Assembly: GCF_000315625.1 (NCBI RefSeq)
Contig: NW_005434672.1
Coordinates: forward strand, 302,006 to 366,005
Direction: 5' to 3'
Source of the DNA: Guillardia theta CCMP2712
Lineage: Eukaryota > Protista > Cryptophyta
Length of the DNA stretch: 64,000 bases
The number at the start of each line of letters is the position of its first letter. The stretch's first letter is position 1. Shown here piece after piece: positions 37,759 through 49,649 of the stretch. The translations under genes were made by a program, and so were the position numbers. The notes beneath the pieces are model-generated. The model was not told the origin of the DNA, did not search any database, and worked only from the letters and a program-made list of their open reading frames with translations.

Positions 37759-38398
37759 AATTGTTTGACAGAATGAAACACGAACAGCATAGCGAGTAGA
37801 TCAGTCATCGTTACCCTCGTCTCGATCATGCTTGCATGCATCGAGTCCCTTTCCTGCATCTGCAAGCTCCTTACTTGCAATGCGCAAGACACAGACACGA
37901 TTTCCAAAGAGGTAGGAAGCTGATTGCACAAAGACCTTCAGGAAGCATAAATAGCACCTCTGTCTTGAGAATATTTTTTGCAGGTTTCGAACTGAAAGTT
38001 CGCAACTTGCAACATGTGAAAAGAGTGTTCCATGTTTCAAAAAATTCATTCCAAGAAGCCTACTCATCGATACGAGGGTGATAAAACGAGGATACCACAT
38101 GCACTTCAAACAGCATCTGCATCAACAGCATCTTTTTCTTCTCTCACACACTCTTCATTCTCGCTCAATGAAACGCACTGGCAAGACATAGATGCATCGG
38201 TCTGCTAGACGAGCAAGCGGCTTACTGGCTAGACGATTGGTACAAGCCTGCCTCACTGAAATGTATAGGAAAATATCAAGGGCAGAAAGATGCTAAAGGA
38301 GTAAATAGAGATTGATGCCCGACATAGATATAAGGGGACTGAAGTCTTGATGGGTGGTGTCATAGAACAAGACAAGTCGAGATGAAGATGATACGTGT

Positions 38399-39069
38399 AT
38401 GATGTTGTTGTGTTGCAGAGGAGCTTGTCTTTGTGTTGTCTCGATTGCTCTTCTCGTGCTGGGTGCTGTGCAGGCCATGTCACCCTCGGACAAGAGCGAG
38501 CGGGCCCGGACAGTGAGTGTGACACGTGTGAACAGTAGGTGCGTGGCGAGGATGGGGAAAGAGGAAGCAAGGGCTCAGATCGAGAAGGAGATGATGAGAA
38601 TGCTGAATAAGCGCAAGCCCAAGTCCTGCTGACCCAGCGAGGTAAGCTCCTCCTCCTCCCTCCTCCTCCTCCTTCCTCCTTTCTCATCCTGTTGAACTCA
38701 GAGGCCCGTCCCCTTGGCGTCTCTCGCTTGCCGTCCTCACGCCTCCCCCCTTCCTCTCGTCCTCCTCGTTCCTACTCCTCCTCCCAACTCCCTTAAACCC
38801 AAACCCCCTTCACCTCGACTTTCCTTCTCTCGTTCTCTCCTTCGTCCTCCTCCTTCCTCCTCCTTCCTCCTTAGCCTCGTTTGCAGATTCCCAGGTCCCT
38901 CAAGTGGAAGGACTGGAGGGAATACATGGAACTGACCCGGCAAGTGGCTCGCGCGCTGGCCAGGGAAGGAGTTGTCGAGATCATGCAGAAGGGAGCGGTG
39001 GTACCCTGTGAGAAACATGACAGCATCAAAGGGCCGATCAGGATCAGACTTGCTACTCTGGGCAAGTAA
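38399..39069 (+). CDS. DUF3253-like protein with in-frame TGA (38630-38632), probable selenoprotein
   Basis: Exon 1 ends AQIEKEMMRMLNKRKPKSC-TGA-PSE at donor 38642. Exon 2 from 38887 reads IPRSLKWKDWREYMELTRQVARALAREGVVEIMQKGAVV...KGPIRIRL, matching the DUF3253 pattern ICPSEVAR..DWR.LM..R.AA..L..EG.IEITQKG...GPIR.RL. Confidence 0.85.
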
Positions 39070-39181
39070 GGAACAAGGAACGAAGAGGGAGAGGGTGGAG
39101 GAGGGAGGAGGGAGGAGGGAGGATGGAGGAGGAGGGAGGAGGGAGGGAGAGAACGAGAGAAGGGCTGAAGGAGTATATCGC

Positions 39182-39248
39182 ATGCAGGCAGGATGATGGC
39201 ACTGTTGGAAAGCACAGAGTGGACAACGTTGCCTGAAGGACATTGCAT
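39182..39248 (+). promoter_or_regulatory. Eukaryotic SECIS element (type II-like)
   Basis: ATGA (39193-96), 12 nt, AAA (39209-11), mini-stem CAC-AGA-GTG, TGAA (39234-37). Upper helix GGCACTGTTG pairs with CAACGTTGCC (one mismatch, one GU). Lower helix ATGCAG pairs with TTGCAT. Confidence 0.85.
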
Positions 39249-39285
39249 CGAGTCTTTAAATACTTCACAAGAAAAAAAATCACTT

Positions 39286-42200
39286 CTAGAAAATCCCTGC
39301 TTCCGGCACAGCACAGTCTCCTCCCAGGTTCTTGGGCAGGACCCCCCGGTCCATGACCTTGAGCAGCTCGGAGTTGTACTCCTCCTTGCCCAGCAGCTTC
39401 ACGCTGTTCTTGGTGTCCTCGTCGAGGAGCAGAGACAGCAGGGACCACACGAAGAAGAACTGCGGCGAGCGTAAGGGAGAACTGGAGGAGGATGAAAGCA
39501 GGAACAGGAGCATAATCATGATCATGATCAGGAGCAGAAGCAGTATCAAGAGCATGATCATAATCATGATCAGGAGCATGAACAGGAGCATGATCAGGAG
39601 CAGTATCAAGAGCAGGAGCAGGAGGAGAAGCAGGAGCAAGGCAGCGGAACAGTACGAGCAGAGGAGGAGGAGGAGGAGGAGGAGGAGAGGCTTACCACGT
39701 TGTTGACAGGAGCAATGTAGATGTTGCCTACAATACCCGGGAAGTGAGTTGTAAAGCAGGGGAGAAGCTCTCTGAGAAGAGCAGGATCTTGGTTCTTCAG
39801 TCCGCTCCCTATTCTGTCTACGACAACGCATGCCTGCACGTTCTTCCCCAGCCCGTACTTCTTTCTCCCTTGCTCCACCTGTGATACCATCAGGGAAAGA
39901 AGGGGGAGGAAGAACAGGATGAGAGGAGAGGAGGGGAGGAGAAACGACAGGAAGAGAAGAGGAACAGGAGAGGAACAGATCGAAAAAGGAAGGTTTTAGG
40001 AGAGGTGGAGAGGAAGGAGGGTAGAGGAGAGCGGAAGAGGGGAGGAGAGGGGAGGACAAGGAGGTGAGAGAGGGTGCACGCACCCTCTGCACGACGTAGC
40101 GGCAGTAGAGCTTTTCGTTAATCTTCCCTGGCACGTGGCTTGCAGCCCTGTAGACGAGGATCGGCCGCCCTGCCTTGTCCACACCTGTGTAGAAGAACTC
40201 CTCCTTCCCTTCAGCCATCACGTAGCTGAGATCCTCCTCCAAGATGCTGTCGATCTTCTCCTCCTTGCGCCACTTGGACGTCCTCTTGATCGCCGCCCAT
40301 GCCGCGTCCACCGAAGGGTGCGCACGGAGGAACCTGGGGGGCACGAGCGGTGAGCAGGAGAGGGAGAGTCAGAGAGCAAGACCTTAGGATGTCGTTATTC
40401 TCGATGCCTGCGATCCAGGGGCCGAGAGTCACCTTGTCCTCCTCCGAGAGCTCAGCGATGTACACGCGGATGGCTGCGATGCCCATAATCTCCTCCTCCT
40501 TGGCCGGCTTGTTCGCCCACGAGATGCTCTCCTTCGATATTGACGAGTCCAGCTGCTTCTCCAGGATCGCCAGCTCAACGTCAGCCTTGACTAGGTCCCT
40601 CCTGTTCTTCAGCCAGTCCTCCACGTCAAGTTCCCCTCCTAGCGTGCTCGGGAGCAGCTCGGACGGGATGTCCTTGAGGAGGGTGGAGGTGTAGTCCCCG
40701 TCGCAGAGCACGAACCTCTTCTTGGCAGACTCGTCGAGCAGGAGCTTCAGGATCCCCCAGATGACGTTGAAAGTCGGGGAGATCGGGGCAATGTATACCT
40801 TCCCCACCTGGTAGGGGTAGTGGTTAAGGATGATGGGGACGAGCTCCCGCAGCAGCGCAGGGTCCTGATTCTTCAGTCCGCTCCCTATCCGATCAACAAG
40901 CACGCAGGACTCCACCTCTGTCCCCAGCTTGTACTGCAAGATCGCCTTCTCCGTCTGCTGCGTGATGTAGCGGCAGAAGAGGACAGGGTCGACCCTGCCT
41001 GGAGTGTGGAGGGCGGAGCGGTAGAGGAGGATGGGGCGACCGTTGCTATCGGGGGGCAGGTAGAGCATCTCTTCCTTGCCCGGCTCGAAGAGGTGGCTGA
41101 AGTCCTCGCTCAAGATGGTGTCGATGTTCTCTGCCTTCCTCCACCTCGCCGTTGCCTTCATCTTCTCGAACGCGTTCTTGGCGCTCCTGAAGCCCAACAG
41201 GTAGCGGAAGATCTCGACATCCTGGCGGGTGAAGATCCAATCGCTCATGGCCTCCCTCTCCACCTCAGTGAGCTGCAAGCAAGTCAGAAGGGAGGTAAGG
41301 GGGTCAGGTAGCACAACTACCTCCGAGATCCACTGGCGGATTTTCTGGATGTCTCGTTTGTTCTCCTCAGTCGCTTCTTGACCTACAAAGTGGACGGACT
41401 TGTCGGTGGCAGGAGCACGGCTGCTCTCCTCCGGAACTTCCTCCGTCCGACGTTCTTGCACCTGCGGAGGAGCAACGATGCTCATGGGTTTCTTGTCTTT
41501 CCTCATGGATCTGATTTCCTTGATGCCCATCATAAGAATCTCTCTCGCCTTGCCTAGTCGTCGCGACCCCAGCATCTTTGGGGAGCTTGACTTGCGGACT
41601 TCCGCCGCCTTCTCAAACAGAATCTGCCGAGTTTGACGCAGCCTCGTCGATCCCAGGAAACGGTTTCTGGAGAGAGAGCAAGAATCATCCTGAGAATTCG
41701 AAGCAGAAGAGAAGGGGGGGCGGAACGCCGTCGGTACAAGGTAGCAGCTAGGAGGATGGAACCATCTCACCTGTCTGCTGGAGTCTTGAGGACGATGTCT
41801 TTCGCGACTGCCAAACGAGAAGATCCCAGCAGCTTGTCGTGCTTCTCCTCATGCTCCAACCCCTTGGTGATCACCTGGACAAGCCCTCAGCCCCCGGCAC
41901 ATACAGGAGTGAAAGGAGACACCTCCTTGAGAGCGGCAAGGCGGCGAGACCCCAGCAGCCTTGAGTCATCCTGGGTGTCCATAACAGTAAGATGCTTCAG
42001 ACAATAAGAGAAAGTCCTCCTCACCTGAACGAGATCCCGAGTCGTCGTCTCCTCCTCGCTCTTGGTTTGCATGCAGACCTGCCTTGGTTCAACCGCTGGA
42101 TGGAAGAAGAACAGGAGAGACCTTGTTGTAACGGATGTGAGCTCTCGAGCACTTCAAGCTGCTCTCCTGCTGGTAGATGTTGCTGTTTGCGGAGAATCCG

Positions 42201-42307
42201 ATCGAGAGTGAGGTCGGCGGTCCGAAGGCAGTAACAACTGATATGCTGCATGACAGGAGAAAGAAGATAGGAACAAGGCGTGAAAATTTTGTCCTGGAAG
42301 ATGGCAT
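39286..42307 (-). CDS. Protein with two tandem CRAL-TRIO (Sec14) lipid-binding domains and bipartite plastid-type presequence
   Basis: IFFLLSCSISVVTA-FGPP. Domain 1: FRYLLGF..AFEKMKATARWRK...DSNGRPIL...LNHYPYQVGKVYI...ELLPSTLGG. Domain 2: RFLRAH...DKAGRPIL...HFPGIVGNIYI...VLPKNLGG. Confidence 0.85.
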
Positions 42308-42919
42308 AGTTTCTTTTGCCATCTGCAACATAAGTCAGAGACACATCCCTGCACTCAGCATATTCATCTTCTCGCAGGAAGTTCCACGGGCCAACTTCAC
42401 CCTGATAGAAGCATTCTTCAACCCAACTGCTGTGGTTCAGATATTCTCCCTTGCATTCATCGATCTAGATATGCATCTCCATCGACGTTGCATCTCACAT
42501 CAAAGCATCCTAGGCACTTTCAATCCCCTTTGTGGCCATGCCTTGCGCGGGTCAATCCTTCTATTCTTCTACGCCTCCTCATTTCTCTTTCTCCCTCCTG
42601 GTCTGAAAATCCTCTTATGTACCTCCCTTTCATCCCATAGGTAATCCTCGTCAACTGGTTACTTTCTGTCTCCCTTCTCCTCCTGCTTCCCTTCCCTCCC
42701 TCCTCTTCCCCTCCCCTCCCCATCTCCCATCCCCTCCGGAGGCCAAAAGCAACCATTTTCACACGCCCCCCTTCTGTCCTACCCCCACCCCCTGAAAACA
42801 GTACCCCTACCATGACAAATCAAACAATTGTTCTATGTACCCTGCCTTTTTCCCTCCCTACCCTCTAATTTTGAAAGTTAGCTATAGAAAGGACCTCTCT
42901 CAAACAACAAGATTCCATA

Positions 42920-42945
42920 GGTACCCCTATTTATAGAGGGGTACC
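42920..42945. repeat. 9-bp inverted repeat GGTACCCCT-N8-AGGGGTACC around a TATA-like core
   Basis: Directly visible in the divergent intergenic region. Confidence 0.8.
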
Positions 42946-43301
42946 GGTGATGTTGCACACCCCAGGCTGGTCTATTCAACAAGATTTTTTTAAATCTGTA
43001 CCTTGTAATAAATATAATATATGTTGTATGTATTAAATAGTTGTAATTTAAAAATAGTTTTATTTTCCTCTGAATTTCGTTTCATTTCCGTTATCCTGTC
43101 AATCTACAGTTTCAACCATGCATCCGACCGTATCATACACGATCCATGGTTGAACGGCTTCAGGTGACCTCTGTTGACAGTAGGGCGGCAAGTCGGCAGC
43201 ATGGCTTCGACAACTGTACTATCCGACCAGTATGGCCAAGGCGGCAGGGCAGGGAAGCCTCCGAGCTCAGGTGACTGAGAGGCCCAACTAGTACTGTACT
43301 G

Positions 43302-45542
43302 GTGGCAGCTTCGGTACGATGCCGGTGTGATAGCATGAGTACAGCTTTGATGGATTCCTGCGTGAACTCTGTCCAACTGAAGATGGAGCATACCGTTGCT
43401 GTGGTCTTTGACCTGCAGGAAGAGGTCAGATTGCAGGAGCAGATGCTGTGTAGCCTCTTGGAGAGCCAGGAGCTCAACGAAGGCACCAAAAGATCCCCAA
43501 GGAAGGGGGCGCTACAACATCATCTCAAACAGATAGGCAACCTTCTGCGGGGTTTCAACCAAGAGAGCAAGGTCGAGCAAGGCATGGACGCGGGAGACAG
43601 CTGCAGACCTGTCGACGCTCTGCCACGATCCAGTACCGTGCAGCAGGCCATCGTCCCTTGCTCTCCTCCTGCACTCCTCAAGTCAGACCATGGCAGCGCT
43701 CAGATGATGCGAGTTTGCTCCAAGGAGGTCGTGTGCTCTCAGTTGAAGCCGCGGCTGCCTGGGGATCGGACTAGGATCACTGGCGATGAGACCTCAAGGA
43801 AGGAGCAGGACGGAGACCCTTGCCTTGCTCTTCCCCAGCTGTACTGCTCGCCATCTGCTCCCAAACTGCTTCCGAGTCCCTTCGCTCCTCTAACCGGGAG
43901 GGTTGAGCACAGTGTGTTGGCTGTCAAAGTCGACGAGGTGCCAATGAAACGGCAGTGCAGCAGCACAGAATCCGAAGTGGAACAGAGGGAAGCGGACTAC
44001 GACATCAGGCAGGAGTGCAGGGGAGTGAGGGAGCATGAGGAGAGGGAAGCTTCAGAGTCGTTCGGTTACCAGCAGCAGGCGTGGCTGCGCAGCATCCAGG
44101 AGTCGATCCGAGAGCAGGCGAGAAGGAGCAACAGGTTCGACGGGTCTGCGAGGGGTCACTGGGCGGCGATGAGGGCTTTGCTGGAGGGAGAGAGGGACGG
44201 GGTACTGCGATCGGAGCGGACGAGGAGAGACTGCTTTACCGGCTTCGTCCGGCACCTGTCCCTCAGCGCTGCTCGTCGTTCCCTCCTGTCCCTGTTGCAG
44301 TCTCCGGTCCCCCGGATCAAGAGCATGAAGAGCCTGCTCCAGCACTATCACAGTTCGTCGCCGTTTGCATTCACTAGCAGCGTCTACCAGTCTTGCCACA
44401 AGGCCCACTACTCCCCTTCCTCCATCAAGTTGTGGGTGAGTATGACCAGCAGCCTATGGCTGCACGCTCCGAGCTCGGAGGGGATGCTGAGGAGGAGGAT
44501 GAGGAGGACTCGGCTGTTCTTCCTCCGCGCCTGTCCTGTCGCCGATGAGCACAAAAGGAGCGTGAGGATGGAGTACCTCGCTGCCTGGAAGGATTATGTG
44601 CAGGATCTCCAGATACATCGAAGTCACAGAGGAAACGTACATTCAGCCATGGCGAGGGTGGTTATGACGACCGTCATGAAGAGCCACTTCCATGCTCTCA
44701 GCGCGTATTACGTGGGGACAGTCCTCCCGCACCGGATGTCTTTCCTTGCTCTGCAGACCGTCTTTAACCGATGGAGGCTGCGGCAGGTTCTGCATGCCTG
44801 GAGCTGTTCCTCGTTCACAAACAAGCTCCTGTCCAAGTGCGACCCCCTCAGACAGCCTCTGCACAAGAAGCCTTCAGCTCCTCGCATCCCCGTCGCTGCT
44901 CCAGGAGATTCCTTGAAGGAATCTGATAGACAGTCAGGCAGCCGTCAAATGAGTGGGCAGGAACTCACAGCCTCTGAGATGGAGGAGACGGAAGTGCGAA
45001 GAGAGAGGCACAAACAAGAAGAGCAGGAGGGCAAGACGCTGATCAAATCTCCTGCTTCTACTGACTTCCGCGCTGATTCCATCACAGTTAAGGCTCTGGA
45101 GAGGAAGAGGGTTGAGGAGAAGAAACAAGAGGAGGATGCGAGTTTGCCCTGGACAATCAGTCTCGTCAGCCAACCTCCCAATGCTGCCATGCTCGCTACT
45201 GCTGATGGCAAGTTCTCGCGCAGGAAATACCGCAGGCTCCTCCTCATCGAGAGGAGCGGTCTCGTCCTCTTGCGCACTCACTTGCGGTGGTGGCGACGAG
45301 CACGTCAGTGGGCGAAGGAGATCACGAGGAGGTGGACGACAATCAGCAAGCACGTGCTGCTAACACCAAGGGCTGATCCTCTCCCTCCCCTCTCAGTGCG
45401 GCTCGAGCGGCTCATCAAGGCGTTCAGCGCATGGGAAGGCTGCGTGCTGACCTCGTCGGCAAGGCGAGGGAGGAGGAGGGAGGAGGCGGAGAAGTTCAGG
45501 GGACTGGCGGCAGGCTCCACACTCTACAGACGGGCAGACTGA
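43302..45542 (+). CDS. Hypothetical protein with Sfi1-like (F/L..W) helical repeats
   Basis: 746-aa ORF with YLAAWKDYV, VFNRWR, VLHAWS, HLRWWRR and IKAFSAW. True start and possible small introns are uncertain. Confidence 0.55.
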   Translation: MAASVRCRCDSMSTALMDSCVNSVQLKMEHTVAVVFDLQEEVRLQEQMLCSLLESQELNEGTKRSPRKGALQHHLKQIGNLLRGFNQESKVEQGMDAGDSCRPVDALPRSSTVQQAIVPCSPPALLKSDHGSAQMMRVCSKEVVCSQLKPRLPGDRTRITGDETSRKEQDGDPCLALPQLYCSPSAPKLLPSPFAPLTGRVEHSVLAVKVDEVPMKRQCSSTESEVEQREADYDIRQECRGVREHEEREASESFGYQQQAWLRSIQESIREQARRSNRFDGSARGHWAAMRALLEGERDGVLRSERTRRDCFTGFVRHLSLSAARRSLLSLLQSPVPRIKSMKSLLQHYHSSSPFAFTSSVYQSCHKAHYSPSSIKLWVSMTSSLWLHAPSSEGMLRRRMRRTRLFFLRACPVADEHKRSVRMEYLAAWKDYVQDLQIHRSHRGNVHSAMARVVMTTVMKSHFHALSAYYVGTVLPHRMSFLALQTVFNRWRLRQVLHAWSCSSFTNKLLSKCDPLRQPLHKKPSAPRIPVAAPGDSLKESDRQSGSRQMSGQELTASEMEETEVRRERHKQEEQEGKTLIKSPASTDFRADSITVKALERKRVEEKKQEEDASLPWTISLVSQPPNAAMLATADGKFSRRKYRRLLLIERSGLVLLRTHLRWWRRARQWAKEITRRWTTISKHVLLTPRADPLPPLSVRLERLIKAFSAWEGCVLTSSARRGRRREEAEKFRGLAAGSTLYRRAD

Positions 45543-45599
45543 CTTGAGGAGCTGCCGACAGTTCTGGCAGTAGAAGGCATCTTTCAATCAGGGCCTGCA

Positions 45600-46306
45600 G
45601 TGAGTTGTGCTGCCTGCTGTCGGTGACGGGGGGCAGCCGACGAGCCATCAACAGCTGCTGTTGGCTGTCTTCTCTGCCTGCGTCCGCATCTCCCTCTCCG
45701 CCATCTCCGCTCTCCTGACCGCCTCCACGAGCTCCCACTTGTACGAGGTGACCTGCTGCTTCAGCTGGTACGCCTTCTCCTTCTCCTCCTCGAGCCTGAA
45801 GCGCGTCAGACACGCTAAGGAAGGATCCGGGTACCTCCTCTCGACGACAGAGCGTTCCATCAGGTTTTGTTGGACCCGTGCCTCTAAGGATTGTATCTTC
45901 GATTGCATTTCTTGCATGTTGCCGTCTCCCTTGAAAGGAAAGTCTCACACCTCGCTCTCACATCAAGTATCGGGGGAGACTGATCCTACCTGGTCCATGT
46001 CGACAGTCCGCTCGTCGTCGTTGTTGATCTTCGACAGCATCTCTGACAACTTCTGCTCCATCTGATGAAACTGATTGTCCAAGATCCTGCATGAAGTAGT
46101 CAAAGGAGGCAGGAGGGGTTCGGGGAGGGTATGAAGGAGGGGTTCCCACCCGTTCGAGAGGAATTCCTTCACGTGTGCTCGAACACCTTGTACCATCTCA
46201 TCGACGATTTTTCTCTGTCCTTCTCGATGAGTGGGGGAGGACCGGGCCGCCTCATTCAACTCCCGTGAAGACGCGACCTGTTACAAAGTCAGGATATGTG
46301 GTGGGC

Positions 46307-46343
<37 letters not shown>

Positions 46344-48926
46344 GGGGGGAAAGGGGGGGGAAGTGAGAATTGCAGAAGTCACCTGGCTGTGCAGTTGGTC
46401 CAGCTGCGTCAAGATCTTATCTAGACAGCTGTCGTATTCGCTGATCTTGCTGTCGATTGCAGCATCGTATTCGCCTTTGACTTGTGTTGATGAGAGGAGG
46501 TATGAGAGTTTCTCCTCAACAACTCGATGCCTCGTCGCCATATCCGCCATCGTCTCCTCCAACTTCGAGACTTGATGCTCACTATTCCTGAGCTCCTTCG
46601 ACAGGGAGATCTTGTTTTTTTCCAGTTCCAATCTTGCTGCTTCATCCTTCCGGACTTGGAATCTTAACTTTTCTATCTCTTGCGTCAAGTGTCTGAACTC
46701 GGTCAGGCACAGGTGCAGCGTCGATTGATAGTCAGCAGCTTTCGTCTCCTGTGAAAGCATTGAATTTGAGATCGCTCCAGCCATTATGTCATGCAAATGG
46801 CACAAATTCTTGACTACTCCATCAATTTGTGATAGGATGTTGTCTTGGGTCACCCAGTAGCTCCTCTCTTGCATGAACTCTCGCCCTCTCTTCTCCTGAT
46901 ACAAGTTGAGTAGTCGTTCTATCTCACCCTCCACATCGCAAACTCTGCCCACTGCCTCATCCACCTTCTGATTCTGCGCATTCTGTGCTTCCAATCGGGC
47001 ATGGAGCAGTTCAATCGTTTGTATGTGCAATCTGTTTTCGCTTTGAGCGTCTTGCAACATCTTAAGTTCTCGACAGACTGCTTGGTACTTCTCATCCAAT
47101 ATTTGTCTTTCAGCGCGTGCTGTTAAACATTCAGCTTGAACCTCATTCAGTCTTCCTTCAGCAACTTTCTTTTCCTCAGCCTGGGACTGAATTTCACTCT
47201 GCGATTTCTCCAAAGATTTGCTCGTGTCAAGCAGACTCCCCCTCAGGTCATACACTTGCTGAGTCAGAGATTCCTTCTCCACCCTCAGGTCATAGACTTC
47301 TTTTGCTTTATCCGTGTGCAGCTGCTGTGCTTTCACCAGCTCCTCTTGGAGGTGTTGGACCTCCCCTCGGTGAACATCCAGCTGATGTTTGCAGGCGTCG
47401 AGCTCAGCGTTGAGGAAGGTCAGTTTCATGGCACTGTGAAGATCTTTCTGCCGGAGTTCGGTCAGCTCAGAACAGTTTTCATCCAGCATATCTTTGCAGT
47501 CATTCAGTTGAGTCTGCAGCACCTGGTTCTTGTCGCTCAGTGAAGCTGCCTCGCTCCTCAAGGCTTGTGACTCTTTCCTCAAACCAAGGACCTCTGCATC
47601 CAATCTGTCAAGCTGCGAGGACCACTCGAGTCTCAAACAAGCCAATTCGTTACTGACGTCCGTAGAATCGATTGACACGCTTTTCACGTCACCAATCAGA
47701 TGCTCTCTCAAACTAGAATGTTCCGAAGCGAGTTGAGAGAGACGGAATTTCAGTTGCTCTATTTCGGCATCTTTTGTTCTGCAATCCTCAATCAATGCAT
47801 CGTGCCTGATTTCATCGAATTTCCTTTCGTCTTGACTCATGGATTCTTTGGGGCGGGCACGTACTGTCTCTAGCAAGCTCAGCTGTCTATCGCTCAACTC
47901 ATCGTCTGACGGAAAGTTGAGGATTCCAACATTCGAATAAGCATGGTCTCCCTCCAATAGATTCGATTGATGGTATCTATCCTGTGTCGGCGATGTGTAT
48001 GAATCGCTTTGATGATGGCTGACTGCCCTCAAAACGTTTTCTCTCTGCTCCTTCAACTGTTTCAGCTCTTCCCTGCACAAGAAATAGGAGTTCTGTAACT
48101 CCATCTTCTCGTCATGGAGGCAGTTGAATCTGATAGCTAAAGCATTCAAGTCGCTCTCTAGGGACATGGCTTTCAATGAGTGTGTTTGAACGTCCTTCTT
48201 GCACTGCTGCAGATCACTGTTTGCCTTCTCATATATCATTCTCAGGCCCTCGGATCCCCTTCTCAACGAGCTCAGCTCCTTTTGCTGCCGTGCAATGACA
48301 GCATTCGCTTCCTGCAACCTTGTTTCGCAATCTATCAATTCCTGCGCCTGAAAGTTTGAGTCTTGGCGAGAGATCTCCAGGTCTCGCTCCAAAGATGCAA
48401 CCCTCAATCGCAGCTCCGCAAAGTTGTGTTTGTACACAGAGCTGTGAAACCGATCTCCGCGTCTCCCAGCTGCTTCCTTAGACGCCTGAGTACAATCGCA
48501 CACCAAGTTTTCGACTTTCCAGCCCCTGGACGATGCCGGTCGACCGTCTCCGCATGCATCCATCGTGTTGTAGCTCGGAATGGAGCCATCGATCGAGTTG
48601 AGGATGCTTTCAACTTTGATCTTCATGGTCCTCTTCAAGGTATCCATGTTGACATTCATGCTGTCCCTCAGTGATGCAGGAGAGTTTTCAGAGCATGCTC
48701 CGTTGATTTGCGACAAATTGATGGAGAAGTCTCGATGGTGACCTGGCGACAAGTCTCCGACAGTCTTATCTGGCACTGGCAACAATAGCTGATCTCTTCT
48801 GCCCTGTGTGTGTCCCTCATCTTCCTGTTCTATCTTGTGCTGAATCTTTCTTGCCAAGCTCTGCATCTCACTCAGAATCTTGGAGTGCTCTTCTCTCAAC
48901 GCCGAAATCTTCACGTCCGAATTCAT
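45600..48926 (-). CDS. Long coiled-coil protein (>900 aa), ends approximate
   Basis: 881-aa heptad-rich ORF plus downstream short coiled-coil exons (46200-45650). Confidence 0.8.
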
Positions 48927-49601
48927 CTCTCAAATGTCAAATTCTGACCTGTCCTTGTTGGTTCACACGGAAACTCCTGGCAACTTCATCCTCGCAGGAG
49001 CCATGGTCGATTCTTCTCTCTCAAGTTCCTCTCAGCTCCTCCCCTGCCATCGTCTCACGCGGCGGCGGCAGCATCTCTCGATCCCTTGAAGCCCTCCTGT
49101 GCCATCTTCCCGCGCAGTTGGGCTACTGATAGGAACGAATGATAAGATGGAACCAAGTATTCTACATCAAAATTTCAAAATTAAAGTCACATTTTGACAA
49201 ATATCGAAGAGCAAATTTGAGGCTCTCACCAAGATGTCTCAAGGGCCCGGCACGGTCGGTAACTTCAACTCACAACAACTTCCATTCGCCGGACAGTCTC
49301 ACTTGAACCTCCGACCGGCCCACTGCCGCCGGGTGTCCGCCGTCGCCACAGTCCGTTTGCCCCGCGGCGGCAGGATCATGCGCCCCCGGAGTCACTGTGC
49401 GCCGGACACGGCCGATGATCATCATGATGTGGCCTGGGCCGGGCCCGGTCCTTCGGGCACCAGGGCGGGCTTGCCACGGTTTGCAGCTTGGTTTGTTAAG
49501 CCTGTAAAGAGTGGGGATGAGGGTAAAAACTTTGAAAATGGGCCCTGGGAACGACGAGCAGGCAGACGAAAGGCGAGGGAAGAGGAGAAGAAAAATTGCG
49601 T

Positions 49602-49649
49602 GATAGGAGAGAAATGGCGCGATAGGAGAGAAATGGCGCGATAGGAGAG
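49602..49649 (+). repeat. 19-bp tandem repeat GATAGGAGAGAAATGGCGC, about 2.5 copies
   Basis: Directly visible. Confidence 0.9.

Noticed and set aside
38630-38632. Pseudogene interpretation of the TGA
   Set aside because: It is the only lesion, falls exactly on the conserved Cys, splice sites are intact, and a SECIS-like element follows.
49602-49649. CRISPR-like repeat
   Set aside because: Head-to-tail tandem repeat without spacers, in eukaryotic DNA with no cas genes.
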